A program made the position numbers and the translations under genes. Shown in pieces: positions 26,110-36,259 of a stretch of DNA of 64,000 bases (the stretch's first letter is position 1; every line of letters begins with the position of its first letter). Under the pieces are notes generated by a model, which saw nothing but the letters and a program-made list of their open reading frames with translations, searched no databases and was not told where the DNA came from. Where the stretch lies: the IMG/VR virus record IMGVR_UViG_3300009503_000030, positions 6,542-70,541 of that record; one strand, written 5' to 3'. Source of the DNA: a virus.

Positions 26110-27321
26110 ATGACCATCAACGGGAAGGACGGGGGGCTTCCGGCGCGCCCGAAGACGGCGCCGGAGAAGGCTGTGGTACAGGCCGCGCCGCAGGCGGCAC
26201 AGGCTCCGCAGGCGGCGGTGGCTGTGGCCGGAGGGGAGGCACGGTCCATCGTGCGGGCCGCCAAGCGCGATCAGCGGGTCGCGTATGAGCGGGTCCTGGC
26301 GGACGCGCGGCGGGCCGGAAAGGCGTACTACTGGGCCTGGACGGTCAAGACGCGGGACGGCGGGCGGCAGTTGGTCAAGGGGCCGTCCGTCTGGTGTACG
26401 CTGGCCTGCGCGCGGCTATGGGGCGCGCTCGACGTGCAGACGGCGGTCGAGAGCGAGGACCTCGAAACCTGGACGATCCGGGCAACGGCGCTCGACCTCG
26501 AGTCGGGGTTCTCCACCTCAACCCTGTTCCGACAGCGGAAGCGGGTCGGGGGGTTGGAGGCGCTGGGTGAGGGCCGCGCGCTCGACGCGGCGTTTCAGAT
26601 CGGGCAGTCGAAGGCGCTCAGGAACGCGCTCGCGCGCGTGCTTCCGCGGTGGCTGCTCGACGAGGCGGTGGCCGCGGCGTGGGAAGGCGAGCGGAACCGC
26701 GCGGCTGGGGGCTCCGAGGAGGCGGTCGTGGCGCCAGGGACTCTGGCGAATCCACGCGCGCGCCAGGCGGTGCTCGCGGCGCTCGCCGCACACGGTGTGA
26801 CGCCGCAGCAGGTGGAGGCGCGCGTCGGGCACAGCCTCGATACGCTGACCGTGGACGAGGTCGCGGACCTCGGGGCGATTGCGACGGCCCTTGACGAGGG
26901 CCAGACGAGCGTGTTCAACGAGTTCGGGGGGGAGACCGCGGCGCGGCCCGATGTCGCGGAGGCGCTCGCGCGCGAACACGCGGCGCGGGAGGCGGAGGTC
27001 GTGACCGCACCGCCGGCGGCGGCTCCGGCGCCGCAACCAGAACGTCCGGCGCCGGCGCAGCGCGCGAAGGCGCCGAAGGCCGGTCCGACGGCGCCTACGC
27101 AGAAGGCGGAGAGTGCTCCGGCGGCGGCTCCGGCTCCGGCGGCGGGGGCAGCGAACGAAGCGCCGCGCCCGAACCCGATGCGCCAGAGGGCGCTGAACCT
27201 GGCGCGTGCCCTGGGGATCGCGGAGACCACCGTGGAGCAGGTCGCGCGGGGGCTGGGCCTTGACCTGGACAACCTGGACGCGGCGGGCTTCGCGAAGTTG
27301 GCCGATACCTTGTCGCGGTGA
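26110..27321 (+). CDS. Putative ssDNA-annealing/recombination protein with Pro/Ala linker
   Basis: GPSV...AR.WG.L and SKALRNA...LP; adjacent to an exonuclease. Confidence 0.55.
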   Translation: MTINGKDGGLPARPKTAPEKAVVQAAPQAAQAPQAAVAVAGGEARSIVRAAKRDQRVAYERVLADARRAGKAYYWAWTVKTRDGGRQLVKGPSVWCTLACARLWGALDVQTAVESEDLETWTIRATALDLESGFSTSTLFRQRKRVGGLEALGEGRALDAAFQIGQSKALRNALARVLPRWLLDEAVAAAWEGERNRAAGGSEEAVVAPGTLANPRARQAVLAALAAHGVTPQQVEARVGHSLDTLTVDEVADLGAIATALDEGQTSVFNEFGGETAARPDVAEALAREHAAREAEVVTAPPAAAPAPQPERPAPAQRAKAPKAGPTAPTQKAESAPAAAPAPAAGAANEAPRPNPMRQRALNLARALGIAETTVEQVARGLGLDLDNLDAAGFAKLADTLSR

Positions 27322-27335
27322 TGTGGAGGTGCGCC

Positions 27336-28118
27336 ATGGATACGGTTGACGAACTCTCTGTGAGTCCGAGCACCATCGAGGCAATCGGGCGGTGTGCGTA
27401 CAAATGGCGCTGGCTCAAGGACCATCGCTACCCGCCGTCGTTGCAGTTCGCGGCGGGTCGCGCCGTGCATCAGGCCGCAGAGACCTACTTTGCGGCGTTT
27501 ACGGGCGGCGTGCGTCTGCCGCCGAAGGCCGTCGAGGCGGTCGCCATCGAAGCGTACCACACGATCCACAAGACCGAGGGCGTCTGGCTCCCGCCATCCA
27601 AGCGGGACAAGGAGAGCGAGGAGATCGCGGCGAAGGAGGCCGATGTGCGGGCCTACACGGCGAGTTTCCTCGCGTGGGTCGAGGGCCTTGAGGAGGCGCC
27701 GCGGCTTGTGGAGGGCACGGTGGCCGCGACCGTGGCGCCAGGTGTCGTTCTGCGGGGGAGGCTCGACATGGTCTATCGTGGCGCCATCCTGGACCTCAAG
27801 ACGGGGGCGCGCGCGTGGACGCAGACCGACGCTGACCAGTCGATCCAGATGTCTGCGTATGCCTGCCTAGCGCGGGCGAACGGGCTGGTGACCGATGATG
27901 AGGTGCGCATCGAGATCGTACACCTCGGGGCGAAGGGGCCGAAGGTGGTCGAGACGCGCCGGACCGTGGCGGACGATGTGCGGGTCCGCTACCGCGCGGT
28001 GGCCGTCGCCGATCAGATTCGGGCCGGGGTCTATCCGCCGGCGACTGACGGGTGGTGGCATTCGCCGGAGTGGTGTGAGGCCTGGTACGATTGCCCGTAT
28101 GGCGGGGGGATGCCATGA
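27336..28118 (+). CDS. RecB/Cas4-like PD-(D/E)XK exonuclease
   Basis: SPS...C...W, G..VH, GRLD, ILDLKTG, Q...Y, C-terminal C..WYDC. Confidence 0.85.
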   Translation: MDTVDELSVSPSTIEAIGRCAYKWRWLKDHRYPPSLQFAAGRAVHQAAETYFAAFTGGVRLPPKAVEAVAIEAYHTIHKTEGVWLPPSKRDKESEEIAAKEADVRAYTASFLAWVEGLEEAPRLVEGTVAATVAPGVVLRGRLDMVYRGAILDLKTGARAWTQTDADQSIQMSAYACLARANGLVTDDEVRIEIVHLGAKGPKVVETRRTVADDVRVRYRAVAVADQIRAGVYPPATDGWWHSPEWCEAWYDCPYGGGMP

Positions 28119-28933
28119 CCGTTGGATTCGAGGTCGAGGCGTTCGGTCTGGGGTACGAGGAAGTCTTGCGCGCGCAAGAGGCAGACGGGATATTCGATGT
28201 TTCGTACTGGCAGCCGGACCGGAGTACGGGGCCGCGCGTGAAGAAGTCCTTCGAACTCAACTCGCGACCGGTGCGCAGCCTGTCCGAGGCGCGCGAGCGT
28301 CTGCGGCTGATCCATGCGTGCCTTGTGCGGCACGGCGCGCGTTTCACGGACACCTGTGGGTTCCATGTGCATGTCGGGAATCTCTACGACACGCCAGAAC
28401 CAGAAGCGCCGCGTGATATGAGCGACTACCCACGGTGGCATACGGCACTACAGTTCTGGCGGATGAACGTCGCGCAGATCGCACGGGAGGGCCGCGAGTT
28501 GCTTGTCGCGGCGGCGATCATAGATTGGATGCTCTGCAACACGCAGACACGCTTTCTTGAGGCGGCATATGGGCCGGATTGGGAGAAGGACCGGCGCTGG
28601 CTGAAACGGGCTCAGTTCGCGCGACCGGACACCTGGGCGTATCTGCGGGCGGTGATCGAGAGGCGTACCGTGTACAACGACCGGTATCACGCGCTGAACT
28701 TCGTGGATAGCCATGCGGCGGCGGAGTTCCGGCTGTTTCCGGCGGTCGAGGATGTGGAGGCGATGGAACGGTGGCTCACGATGGCCGTCGAGTGGGTCGA
28801 ACGGGTCCTCTTGGACAAGAAAGTCCAGAGGCTTGGAAAGTGGATTGGGGCAAGGATGCGCGATCCGCAGGCCGATGTGCGACCGCATCCGAGCGTGCGG
28901 CACTACGCGCGCTTGATGACGGAGGTGTGGTGA
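28115..28933 (+). CDS. Putative amidoligase (COOH-NH2 ligase)
   Basis: GFEVE, ELNS, TCGFHVHV, RYHALN, EFR. Confidence 0.8.
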   Translation: MTVGFEVEAFGLGYEEVLRAQEADGIFDVSYWQPDRSTGPRVKKSFELNSRPVRSLSEARERLRLIHACLVRHGARFTDTCGFHVHVGNLYDTPEPEAPRDMSDYPRWHTALQFWRMNVAQIAREGRELLVAAAIIDWMLCNTQTRFLEAAYGPDWEKDRRWLKRAQFARPDTWAYLRAVIERRTVYNDRYHALNFVDSHAAAEFRLFPAVEDVEAMERWLTMAVEWVERVLLDKKVQRLGKWIGARMRDPQADVRPHPSVRHYARLMTEVW

Positions 28934-30543
28934 TGCGAGTGCATGGAAGGTGGCGAGGGCAGCAGGTTGATGACACGCTCACGGGGCATCACGTCCTGAC
29001 TGGGCCGAACGGGGCAGGCAAGACGACCCGCCTGGACATGATGGCGCTCGCGTTGCACGGAACGCGCGCCGACGGCACGTCGTTGGACCGTGCGACGTGC
29101 GCAGCGGCGCCAGGGGCCTGGGAGGTCCTCGGCATCGAGTGGGCGCGGCGCGTGACGGTGGACGCGCGCGGAGTGCATCGGAGCGGGTCCGGTGGTCCGA
29201 AGGTCCTGCTCGTGGGTGGGCCGGATGTGACGGCGCTCCGAGGGCCGTTCCTGCGCACGCTGGGCGCGGCGTTGACTGGCCGTGGCACGGAGTCCCGTGA
29301 CCTTCTCGCGGAGATCGCCGCGCGGGTCAACGAGTCGCGGGAGGCGGTGACCCAGGTGCTCGGGCCGTGTGATCCGGAGGCCGATCAGACCGAGTGGCTC
29401 ACGCAGATCGAGGCGCGTCTGTCGGGCCAGATCGAGGCGCTACGCAGGATGCGGCGGGGCCTGGCTGGGTCATCGGATGGGCCGTCTGTCGCGGAGCTCA
29501 AGGCGGAGGTCGAGCGTCTGGAGGCGGCATATCGCGCGCTCCCAGAGATCAAGGACTACGAGGTCGCGATAGCCATGGCGCATGGGGCCGTGGACAGCGC
29601 GCAGCGCGCGCTCGCCCGCGCTGGGGGTGTCTCCCCTCCTGATGCTCCGCGACCGGAGACCGTGCCAGACCTGTCGGAGCTCGCGAACCAGTTGCACGAG
29701 GCGCAACGGGAGGCCGCGGTCTTGGAGTCGCGGCTCAAGGGATACGCGGGGGTCCGCCAGCTGATCGAGGCGGGCCGGTGCCCGAAGTGCCGCCAGAAGG
29801 TGGACGCGGGGCTCTTTGCGGATACGCTGCGGGAGGCCGAGGAGGTCGAGGCGGAGTATCTGGCGGCGCGCGCAACGGCGGAGGCGTTGCAGCGGCTGTA
29901 CCACCAGCAGCGGCAGGTCGCGGAGTTGGCCGCGGAGTGGCGGCGCTACGACGAGGCACAGGCGCGACTACGGGGGTATGAGGAGGCATACCGTCGGGCG
30001 CAGGTGGCTTACGAGGCCGTCTTGGGGGAGGCCGCGCAACACGAGGAAGAGACCGCCGATCTGCGCGAGCAGAAGGCACGGCTCGAGGCCGCGTTGACCG
30101 AAGCGCGACAGCGGTTGCAGGGGGCCGTAGAGCGCGAGGAACGGCGGAAACAGCACAAGGCTGTGGACGCCGAGTGCAAGCGGATGGAGGCTCTGGCAGA
30201 GGCGGTGCGGGCGTTGGCACCAGGGGCCGCGGATGACGCGGGCGTGCGGGCGGTCTGCCAGGCGTTGTCCGAGTGTGGGATCGGGACGGTGCAGGTAGAC
30301 CAAGGGCGGCTCGTGATCGTGCGGGATGGCAGCGTGATCGAGCCAAGCCTGCTATCGTCGGGCGAATCCCGTGTCTGGGCGCTGAACGCGGCGATCCTGG
30401 TGGCACGCGCCAGGCCGTCGGAAGCCTACATGCTGATTGCGGACAATCTCGAGGTGATGGACGCGGCGGCGCGAGGGCGGTGGGATGCCGCGGTGCACCG
30501 GCGTCCGGACAACCTGACGATTCTGGCCGCGGAGACCACGTGA
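28933..30543 (+). CDS. Rad50/SbcC-like ABC ATPase
   Basis: GPNGAGKT, coiled coil with CPKC zinc hook, LSSGE, IADNLE. Confidence 0.85.
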   Translation: MRVHGRWRGQQVDDTLTGHHVLTGPNGAGKTTRLDMMALALHGTRADGTSLDRATCAAAPGAWEVLGIEWARRVTVDARGVHRSGSGGPKVLLVGGPDVTALRGPFLRTLGAALTGRGTESRDLLAEIAARVNESREAVTQVLGPCDPEADQTEWLTQIEARLSGQIEALRRMRRGLAGSSDGPSVAELKAEVERLEAAYRALPEIKDYEVAIAMAHGAVDSAQRALARAGGVSPPDAPRPETVPDLSELANQLHEAQREAAVLESRLKGYAGVRQLIEAGRCPKCRQKVDAGLFADTLREAEEVEAEYLAARATAEALQRLYHQQRQVAELAAEWRRYDEAQARLRGYEEAYRRAQVAYEAVLGEAAQHEEETADLREQKARLEAALTEARQRLQGAVEREERRKQHKAVDAECKRMEALAEAVRALAPGAADDAGVRAVCQALSECGIGTVQVDQGRLVIVRDGSVIEPSLLSSGESRVWALNAAILVARARPSEAYMLIADNLEVMDAAARGRWDAAVHRRPDNLTILAAETT

Positions 30544-30929
30544 TGGGACCGTTTGCGAAGGCGGTGTACGCAGACGATCCGTATCAGGCGGACTGTCCGT
30601 TCTGCGGCGCCTACACGGATATCGAGGGACACCTAGACTGCCCTGTCGGCCCGTGGGTACGGCTACCTGCGGGTCTGGAGATTGACGCCTTGCGGGAGCG
30701 GCCTGCGGCGCTCCTCTGTCTCGCAATCCGGATGCGAAGCCTGGCGCTCCGCGCGAAGATCGCGGGGCGTTGGTTGTGGACCGATGCGGCGATCAAGCAG
30801 GAGTTCGTAGGTCTGCCAGGAGGCCCCGCGGTGCTTGCGTGGTACGATCAGCATGGGCCGTGGACGCTCGAAGACCTCGTACCAGTGCCTCTAGACGAAC
30901 ATCCCACGGATGCGGACGCCAGCGGGTGA
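30543..30929 (+). CDS. hypothetical protein
   Basis: TGATG coupling; CPFCG. Confidence 0.55.
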   Translation: MGPFAKAVYADDPYQADCPFCGAYTDIEGHLDCPVGPWVRLPAGLEIDALRERPAALLCLAIRMRSLALRAKIAGRWLWTDAAIKQEFVGLPGGPAVLAWYDQHGPWTLEDLVPVPLDEHPTDADASG

Positions 30930-32474
30930 TGCGGGCGTTGGCAGCGTGAACGGCGCGATGCACGTCCAGTCGGGGCTTGTCTGTCCGGCGGCGCGCGGTG
31001 CCAATACTCCCCCGAGATCATCCATGTCCGGCGGGACCCCTGCGGACCGAGGCCGCAGGACGAAGGTCCCGATGTGGATTGGGGGCGTGATCAGAACGAG
31101 GAAGCCTGGACGCCGCGCGGTGTAGCGCGATGCGCTGGTCCCAAGAGCGATGGTTGGAAGTGCGCCGCCATCCGTATCGAGGGTTCCCAGAGCGCCCTCG
31201 ATGCGTGCCTGCGAGACCAGCGGAACGTTGTTGGCAAGGGCCGCTCCACGAATCATCAGAAAGCCGATGGACAGGGTGATCGCGAAGGCCCCGATCTCCC
31301 AATCCAGGTTCTCCTGACCGGCGGCGAACGGAGAGGGGAGGGTGGGGTATCCGGCGAGTCGCCGAAGACGGATGACGAGACCATCCTCGGTGAGCGCGGA
31401 ACCCTCGATAATCGCGCGGGTATTCACGTCTGTGAGAACGCGGTCCGTGATCCCGACTTCGCGCCCAACCAGGCACGCTACGTGCCAGGTGTACAGCAGG
31501 TACTGCGGGAGCCGGTCTGTGGGGATGACAAGGGTCCCGTCATCCGAGAGCCGCGCTCCATGTCCACGGATGCTGAGGCTTGCGAAGATGGCGCGGCAGA
31601 TGGCGCGGACCGCGCCCCACTCCCCTTGTGGACGGGAGAGGAGTGCGACGGCCAGGTCCTGGATGTCTGCGAGACCCATCCACGTGTACGGCTCGATGGC
31701 CTCCAGTTCAGTTGCCAGGAGGTACGCCGCAAGATCGCGGCGGGGGGCGGCGGCAGGGGACATGGACTCGATGGCCGCGGTGCGATAGCACTCCGTCGCG
31801 CCTGGCATGGCACGCACCAGGGTGCCTGGTGGGTAGGAGGTTGTGGCGGATCGGATGACGCGGAAGGTGGTGTCCGATGCGCTCTCGTATTGCATGATCT
31901 CGTCGCCGATCCGAATGGTCCCAGCAGGGCGAAACCCGTAGGTGGATACGACGTGGAGCGTGGTGTCGGGGCCATCGCACTGCGTGACGAGCGCGGTGTA
32001 CGCGGTGCCAGCGATTTCGCGGGCTGCCGAGGCGAACGCCTCGATCAGCGATTCGAGGAGGCCGCGTGGAGGGAGGGGTGCTGGGTCGAACAAGGGGATG
32101 AAGCAGAGGACCGTGGTGCCGTCGGTTGCGAACGGGCGATTGCCGATGTCTCGCAGGCCCTCTGGGGCCGTGAACATGTAGAAGAGGCCGGAGGTCAGGG
32201 GCGCGGAGAGTTCCAAGAAGACATCGGATGTACCTGCGGTGAACGCCACGTTGACCACCGTCGGGTTTGGGTCTCCGGCCCCGAACGGGGTGAGCACCCA
32301 TCCGTCCACTGGCACCACGGAGAGGGGCTGGGAGGCGGTAAGTCGCACCAGCCGTGTGGCAAGGCACGTAGCGGACGCCCAGCGCGCCGGTGGAACTGCC
32401 GGCTCGAAGAGCCAGCGGCTCGCAGACGGGGCGCCGAAGTAGCGGCCGATTCCTGGTGCAAGGAAAGCATCCAT
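30891..32474 (-). CDS. putative baseplate/tail protein
   Basis: End of tail operon; V.ST.GF...GTI.IG.E...Y domain. Confidence 0.6.
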   Translation of the reverse strand: MDAFLAPGIGRYFGAPSASRWLFEPAVPPARWASATCLATRLVRLTASQPLSVVPVDGWVLTPFGAGDPNPTVVNVAFTAGTSDVFLELSAPLTSGLFYMFTAPEGLRDIGNRPFATDGTTVLCFIPLFDPAPLPPRGLLESLIEAFASAAREIAGTAYTALVTQCDGPDTTLHVVSTYGFRPAGTIRIGDEIMQYESASDTTFRVIRSATTSYPPGTLVRAMPGATECYRTAAIESMSPAAAPRRDLAAYLLATELEAIEPYTWMGLADIQDLAVALLSRPQGEWGAVRAICRAIFASLSIRGHGARLSDDGTLVIPTDRLPQYLLYTWHVACLVGREVGITDRVLTDVNTRAIIEGSALTEDGLVIRLRRLAGYPTLPSPFAAGQENLDWEIGAFAITLSIGFLMIRGAALANNVPLVSQARIEGALGTLDTDGGALPTIALGTSASRYTARRPGFLVLITPPIHIGTFVLRPRSAGVPPDMDDLGGVLAPRAAGQTSPDWTCIAPFTLPTPASPAGVRIRGMFV

Positions 32475-32475
32475 A

Positions 32476-33399
32476 TCATGGCTTTGACGGGACGAGGAGT
32501 CCCGAGACTACCATCCACTTGCCATCGGCGGTCTTGAGGCCGGTCGAGAGGTTGTAATCGCACTTGTACACCTCGACAAGCCGGCCCTTGACGCGCTGGG
32601 CGGCTGCATTGTACACGCGATACTCCTCGCCGTAGATGCCGCCGCCATCGTCCGTCAGGAACCAGTTGGTCTGCTCGTAGGTGCCGACGGCAGGCAAACC
32701 GCACATCTTGTTGAGCGTTGCGTTATCCGATGCGAGACACCCACCGTTCGCGTTGCCGGCGTTGTAGTACGCCCAGTTGTTGCTGGTGGACGAGGCGGAT
32801 GGCGCCCCGACGAGAACCACTGTCGGGCGGGCGACGGCGCTGTTCGCGGGGTGGATGGTGCCAGCGTACACGCCGGAGTCCCACGTGCCATCCTTCAAGT
32901 TGTCGCCGATCCAGATGAAGGCGACGTCGAGGACCGCGCCTGTCGTTGCGGAGAGTCGCTCGACGACCGCCATCTCCATGTTGAACGGTCCCATGTTGGC
33001 TGCCGCCGCGCGATCCACCTTGACCGGTCCGCCGAAGAGGTCGTAGAGGCGGAGGCCCGTGAACTTCCCTTGCGCGGAGCTCCAGGACCCGTCCCACGAG
33101 AAATCCACGTAGAGCCCGTTGTAGGAGCCGGTCATCCCCGGCGTGAGGTTTCCGGCTGTGGAGCGGCCTCCGATGAACAGTTGCCAGCGAGACCCGCCTA
33201 CCGTGTACGCGGATTGCAGGACGAGGTAGGCGCCGTCCCCGACGTTGGCCTCGGAATCCCATGACCCTCCGGCGGCTGATGAGTCCACGATGGTGATGTG
33301 CGCAGGATTCAACCCGAGGATGAAGTTGCGGATGTGGTAGAGCGCGCGCTGTGAGTTGATCGCCGTGGTCTGTACGCGGCCCGACGCTTGGATTGCCAT
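32476..33399 (-). CDS. putative virion/receptor-binding protein
   Basis: G/S/T/N-rich beta-type composition in the tail operon; GGAGG RBS. Confidence 0.6.
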   Translation of the reverse strand: MAIQASGRVQTTAINSQRALYHIRNFILGLNPAHITIVDSSAAGGSWDSEANVGDGAYLVLQSAYTVGGSRWQLFIGGRSTAGNLTPGMTGSYNGLYVDFSWDGSWSSAQGKFTGLRLYDLFGGPVKVDRAAAANMGPFNMEMAVVERLSATTGAVLDVAFIWIGDNLKDGTWDSGVYAGTIHPANSAVARPTVVLVGAPSASSTSNNWAYYNAGNANGGCLASDNATLNKMCGLPAVGTYEQTNWFLTDDGGGIYGEEYRVYNAAAQRVKGRLVEVYKCDYNLSTGLKTADGKWMVVSGLLVPSKP

Positions 33400-33408
33400 C
33401 TAAGCCTC

Positions 33409-33492
33409 CTACTCCTCCAGGTGACCAGGCGCGACGAGTCCGGCGGGTCCGCCGAAGTAGTCGCCAATACCTGTTGCGAGATCAGCCGTCAT
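33409..33492 (-). CDS. 27-aa peptide MTADLATGIGDYFGGPAGLVAPGHLEE
   Basis: ATGA-coupled, fills the gap; resembles the N-terminus of 30891-32474. Confidence 0.5.
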   Translation of the reverse strand: MTADLATGIGDYFGGPAGLVAPGHLEE

Positions 33493-33950
33493 TTCCACGA
33501 CCTCGTTCCGTATCGTAGCAGATCATCTGGCGCCCGTGGACCGGTCGTGTAGGGTGGAGTCGGGAACAGTGCCCGCAGGTCATCCGCCTGTATGGAGCCT
33601 GCCGGCGGCAGCACGCGGAACACGGGGCTTTCGAGCACCAGCCCCGCATCAGCACCATCCAAGAAGACGCGGAGTCCGTAGGCGGCCATTGGGATGAGCG
33701 GCGGCAGATATCCTATGACGAGTCGCAGGTCCTCTGGCGCCTCGCTTGGAAGTCCGAGCCCATAGATCGGCAGGTCGAGATCGGAGAGGTAGCCGCGACA
33801 ATACGCCACCGGTTCCCATGTGCCCGCGTCTGCCAGGCGCTCGACGCGGATGCGGACGGACTTGGCGGTGAGCACGGAATCCGAGAGGACGCCGAACTGG
33901 GTTCCGCCAAGCGCATCTACGGTCTCGCGCCCGAGGTACTCGAAGGTCAT
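33489..33950 (-). CDS. hypothetical tail-operon protein
   Basis: Coupled ORF. Confidence 0.6.
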   Translation of the reverse strand: MTFEYLGRETVDALGGTQFGVLSDSVLTAKSVRIRVERLADAGTWEPVAYCRGYLSDLDLPIYGLGLPSEAPEDLRLVIGYLPPLIPMAAYGLRVFLDGADAGLVLESPVFRVLPPAGSIQADDLRALFPTPPYTTGPRAPDDLLRYGTRSWK

Positions 33951-35074
33951 GTCGCGCTCCCGAACGCCAGGAAGTCAACGGTCCATGCTCCGCCGAGCGA
34001 CGGGATCAGTGCCCAGGCGGTGCCGTTCCAATAGTACACCCCGACCGATACCACTGTTGCGGACTGGCGCCAGAGTCGTAGGTAGATAGGCCCATCAGGA
34101 TGTGGGTCGCTGTTGTTCTGCGCAACGAGTTGTGCGCTGAACCAGCGGGCGTCGGTGGTCAGCGTGATCTGCCACCACGAGTCATCCGTCTTGGTGACCG
34201 CATCGATCCCCATGCCCTCGGTGTAGTAGGGAGGGGTTTGCGTGAGGCGGCAGGCTGCTTTCAGGGACCGTGCGGCAACATCCTCTGCGAGGGACGCCAG
34301 GCTGGTTTGCGGTGCGATGAGCCAGTTGGCCGTGCCCGATGGCGCCAAGCCTGGTGCGGAGCCATCAATGATGCGCGCGATCTGGGAGACGAGTCCCCAT
34401 AGGACCTGCGAGACCGAAGACGGGTAGCGTGCGGGCGGAGTGTCCTGCTCCTCGTAGAACGGGGGGAGGACGGAGAAGAGCTCGTAGGTGCCGGCGGGTT
34501 GACCGTCGGTCCACAGGAGCCACCGGTATCCGGCGGCTTCGAGCGCCACGATTGCATCAGCCCACCATCCGCCGATGGGCACCACGTTTACGACGGTTGC
34601 CAGCAGACCCGTCAGGCGATTGCGAGTCGCGATGGAGGTCTGCGTGAAGACGCCGGTATCCGGATCGCCAATCATCCGGCTGGCGGTGGCCGTGTCCGCC
34701 CACTGCGGCTTGAGGAGGACCAGTCGGTTCTGGCCCGACACCCAGCCGTTTCCGATCACAAGGGTCCCCGTCCAGTCCTCGACCTGTCCTGGGGTTCCGT
34801 CGGACGCGAACGCGAAGCGCCAGGTGCCGGAGAGGGTGACATCTCCGGTCACGGTGTTGACGGAGACGGTGCCAGGTTGCAGGACGCATCCACGGGCGAA
34901 GGTGAGCGGGAGCCATGCGGCGGCAGGTATGGTGCCGATCTGGCGGCCCTTGCGGATCGCATCGAGTAGCGCCTGGATGTACCGGCTCCCAGCGGCGGAG
35001 CACAGGGATTCCATCGCCGCGACATCCACCTTCTCCAGGCGTTCCCAGTCGTTGAAGAGCACGGTCTCGCGCAT
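33947..35074 (-). CDS. putative tail fibre/baseplate protein
   Basis: N-terminal similarity to 35078-36259 (MRE..F.....D, R...DP.TG, LPP.Y). Confidence 0.6.
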   Translation of the reverse strand: MRETVLFNDWERLEKVDVAAMESLCSAAGSRYIQALLDAIRKGRQIGTIPAAAWLPLTFARGCVLQPGTVSVNTVTGDVTLSGTWRFAFASDGTPGQVEDWTGTLVIGNGWVSGQNRLVLLKPQWADTATASRMIGDPDTGVFTQTSIATRNRLTGLLATVVNVVPIGGWWADAIVALEAAGYRWLLWTDGQPAGTYELFSVLPPFYEEQDTPPARYPSSVSQVLWGLVSQIARIIDGSAPGLAPSGTANWLIAPQTSLASLAEDVAARSLKAACRLTQTPPYYTEGMGIDAVTKTDDSWWQITLTTDARWFSAQLVAQNNSDPHPDGPIYLRLWRQSATVVSVGVYYWNGTAWALIPSLGGAWTVDFLAFGSAT

Positions 35075-35077
35075 GGA

Positions 35078-36259
35078 CTACTCCTTCGGAGCGAAGCCGA
35101 TGATCGTCAGGCTTGCGGTCAATGTGGCGGAGCTGCCTGTCGTGGATGAGACGGATGCGGCAAGCGTCGTACTGGTATCGCTGGCCCGCAGAATCGTGAC
35201 CTCTGTGTATCCTTCCGATGGCAGGCCGTGTGCGTAAAGCACGGGATTGCCGCCGCCGGTTGGTGAGAGCGCGTAGTCCCAGTCCCCAGCATTCCCCCCC
35301 CAGTAGAAGGTGGCGATCAGCAGATACGATCTCCCAGCAGGTAGCGTGAACTCTGAGACGAAGGCATTCGTCCCGATGCCCTGGAGGTCAAAACCACCAT
35401 CGTAGGAGAAGGGGAAGGTGCCGTTGCCGGAAAGCGCTGTCGCGCCAAGCGTCTTGAACCGACCCCAGCGCGGCGCGATCTTCGCGGTGATCGCGGCAAC
35501 CGATGCCTCCAGGGCGCTGATACGCGAGTCCAGCGAGACGATGGAACCTGCTGGGGGATACCTCCACCACTCCTCGCCTCGTGTGGCACCAAGAGAGAGG
35601 GCCAGTGCATTGACGGCAAGGGCGAGGGACGGCGCCGCGTCGCCATCGGCGTTGTATGGTGGTAGAGCAGAGATCACGTCGATCCCCGCGTCTCCCAGGT
35701 AGAATGCCTTCTGCCAGCCGTCTTCGATGAGCCCGCGCCAGTCGCCGGTCGTGACCTGCAAGGCGCGTTTCTGCATGACCTGGACCTGTGCGGAATATCG
35801 GGTCCCTGTCCCAGGGTCCAGAAAGACGCGGGTCTGCGTATCGCCGGACGGCGCATACGAGGGGGCCAGACGCACGAGTACGTAGGTGGGGTCTGCAAGG
35901 GAACGCGAGGTGATGGTCACGTCATCTGCGAGACGGACGATGGTGCCATCGTGCGTCGTATCGGCGGGGTTGGACAGCGCAAACACCCAACCCGCCTTGA
36001 GCCAGAGGGTGCCGGTTCCGGAGCCTGGGTCCCGTGTCCAGAGGATGTCGTTCTTGCCAATCGGGTCTGGGCGGTCGAGGACCGCGCCAAGAGGAAAATC
36101 AAGTCCTCCGAACGCTGGGTAGGATGTGTGTCCGCGGAACGTCGAGCGGAACATCGCGCGGGCGAGGAGCGAACCGTACCTCTGGCACGCATCCTGATCT
36201 GCGATCAGGTCCTCGACGGCCACGATCATGTACGGTTCGAATCGGGTTCCTTCTCTCAT
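35078..36259 (-). CDS. putative tail fibre protein
   Basis: Follows baseplate J; coiled stretch RISALEA and beta-rich C-terminus. Confidence 0.6.
   Translation of the reverse strand: MREGTRFEPYMIVAVEDLIADQDACQRYGSLLARAMFRSTFRGHTSYPAFGGLDFPLGAVLDRPDPIGKNDILWTRDPGSGTGTLWLKAGWVFALSNPADTTHDGTIVRLADDVTITSRSLADPTYVLVRLAPSYAPSGDTQTRVFLDPGTGTRYSAQVQVMQKRALQVTTGDWRGLIEDGWQKAFYLGDAGIDVISALPPYNADGDAAPSLALAVNALALSLGATRGEEWWRYPPAGSIVSLDSRISALEASVAAITAKIAPRWGRFKTLGATALSGNGTFPFSYDGGFDLQGIGTNAFVSEFTLPAGRSYLLIATFYWGGNAGDWDYALSPTGGGNPVLYAHGLPSEGYTEVTILRASDTSTTLAASVSSTTGSSATLTASLTIIGFAPKE

Noticed and set aside
27336-28118. Cas4 as part of the CRISPR locus
   Set aside because: It is 16 kb from the array, within a typical phage recombination cassette.
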